Assembly (NCBI RefSeq): GCF_006345805.1 | Contig: NC_043019.1 | Span: 25,233,360-25,297,359, forward strand | From: Octopus sinensis | Taxonomy: Eukaryota | Reading direction: 5' to 3' | Length of the DNA stretch: 64,000 bases | In this document: positions 62,310-64,000 of the stretch, piece by piece | Layout of the letters: each line of letters begins with the position of its first letter | How positions within the stretch are numbered: position 1 is the stretch's first letter | Made by a program: the position numbers and the translations under genes | Notes under the pieces: model-generated | What the model was told of the DNA's origin: nothing | What the model saw: only the letters and a program-made list of their open reading frames with translations | Databases searched by the model: none

Positions 62310-62475
62310 TACACACACACATACATGCAGATGTTTTATATATATCCATGTGTGTATATGTGTATACACATAGATACATACACAGACACTTTATATATGT
62401 GTATGTGTGTCTATTATCTAATATTTCTAAATATATATATATGTGTGTGTGTGAGTGTGTGTGTGTGTGTAATAA

Positions 62476-62876
62476 AGTTAAGTAAGGCCGGTTTATGGGA
62501 TTACCTTAGGTTTCATGTCCTTAAAGGGCTTATCTTTGTAGCATATTATCAGATCCCAAAACCTCTTGGCTTAAGGTCTCTCTAGTGAGTGGCCTCTCTA
62601 GTTTATGGAGGAGGGGAGGACTCTGTTAATCAATGTCAACAAAGGGGATTGTCTCTCCTTGGCTATCAATCACTGATGTCAATGAAGGGGATTCATAGCC
62701 AAAGGAATACAATCCCTTTCATTGACATCAGCAGTCGATAGCCAATGGAAGACAATCTCCTTTGTTGACATTGAGTAACTGGGTCCTTCCCGCCTCCATA
62801 ACTTAGAGAGGCCTTTAGCCAACAGGTTTTGTGATGTGAAACTTAAGGTAATCCCATAAACCAGCCTTATCTAACT
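62476..62876. mobile_element. 401-bp foldback MITE, possibly Kolobok-like
   Basis: ~40-bp TIRs AGTTAAGTAAGGCCGGTTTATGGGATTACCTTAGGTTTCA / TGAAACTTAAGGTAATCCCATAAACCAGCCTTATCTAACT, internal arms also pair up to a centre near 62700, flanks ATAA and TTAA. Confidence 0.8.
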
Positions 62877-63249
62877 TTAATATATACTGCTCTATAACTT
62901 CTTTTTTTTTATCTGTTTACAGACGATACTATATATATATATATATACACTCACACAAAGAGAGAGAGAAACAAACAATCATACATACATGTACACATAA
63001 TATATTCAGGTATATACACTCAAATGAATAGACACCTCTATGCACAAAAGGTGAACTATAGTCTTAGTGAGGGACTGGAATGGTATTTTAGATGTATAAT
63101 GGAACTGTGTGAAAGTGTCTGCTAGCAGAGTTATGTAAAGTGTCTCACAAACTCTACCCAAATGTTTGGGAATACATTGAACATTGATAGCCTGCCAAGG
63201 CTTTTGCTAAAAAAAAGGATGCAATATTACAAAAGTTTGATAACAACAG

Positions 63250-63660
63250 CTGAGATTACAGTCAGCAGCTGTGAGTGTTTGTATGAGGAGGGCATCACTT
63301 GTTTTGAATGGTTTACCCTTTAAGCTTTATGGATATATGCCAAACTTGCCTATCCTTCCCCTGGCAGGCAGCTATTGCAATTGGCAACAGTGGAAACATT
63401 CATGGATGTTTTAACTGGGAGTTGGCAATGGATATGGAACTTGAAGGTTATGAAAGAACTGGAACTTGCAAAAGAATGTTTCTGAGGAAGGGTTCAAACC
63501 AAGATACATCAACAGCTTCTGGTTTGTAACTTTGTGAAACACAAAGTTCACAGTTTTGACCAAGGCTTTCACACTTGTTGGTAGGCTAGTAGTGTAGTGA
63601 GGAGTGCACAGAACTATGATTCCCAGCAGATCTGTCAATAACATCTTCACCTCATGTAAC
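63250..63660 (+). mobile_element. Possible highly decayed non-LTR RT relic
   Basis: Fragments LYEEGITCFEW and VLTKAFTLVGR loosely resemble IW.EG..P..W and DLTKAFD.V.R. Many stops. Confidence 0.25.
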
Positions 63661-64000
63661 ATGTATTGTTGAGAAAGTGAGTAATAAACCTGGTTTCAGT
63701 GGGGTTCTGTTCCATTTGGATTGATCCAAAGTGGGAGACAATTATACATTAGAATAGGAAAATGGTATCTCCTTTTTTACAATTGACTTTTTATTTAAAC
63801 TGGTACTTTATATTGGTTACAGCGATGAGAGTTCTAATAGAACAGCCTGCTTGTGGAATTAATGTGCAAGTAGCTGAGCACTGTACAAACATGTGTAACC
63901 TTAATGTAGTCCTTGGGGAGATTCAGCATGACACAGAATGTGACATGGTTGGGCCCCCTTTGAATTACAGGTACAACTCATTTTTGCCAGCTGAGTGGAC

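Noticed and set aside
1-64000. Prokaryotic features (operons, defence systems, CRISPR-Cas, rRNA)
   Set aside because: The composition and repeat content are those of animal intergenic or intronic DNA, and none of these features was seen.

Overview
Repeat-saturated, gene-poor animal genomic DNA. The SINE families, very dense (TA)n/(CA)n/(GAT)n microsatellites and C2H2 zinc-finger debris suggest an octopus (Octopus sp.); this is inferred from repeat content. I can support no intact protein-coding gene. Almost all ORFs in the track are microsatellite or repeat artefacts. The real coding relics are transposon fragments (mariner, CR1-type, RTE, RTE-X) and a decayed three-finger C2H2 ZNF. About five tRNA-derived or modular SINE families (labelled A-E here) occur in dozens of copies, alongside TTAA- and TA-flanked MITEs. 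The most striking signal is a set of ~190-320 bp Penelope-like non-autonomous elements, many next to (TA)n tracts, that carry minimal type I hammerhead ribozyme folds. Two folds are canonical (1303-1348, 55684-55718), one has U6 (6616-6651), and one family appears to have the core C3:G8 pair swapped to G3:C8, inside a head-to-head inverted insertion with a 12-bp TSD (57164-57482). Other notable items are GGTAT target-site bias of SINE-B, an inverted templated duplication (23890/25484), three TTAA MITEs all 221 bp long, a 401-bp foldback, a decayed tRNA-like gene and a few isolated candidate micro-exons. Coordinates of old repeat copies are approximate.
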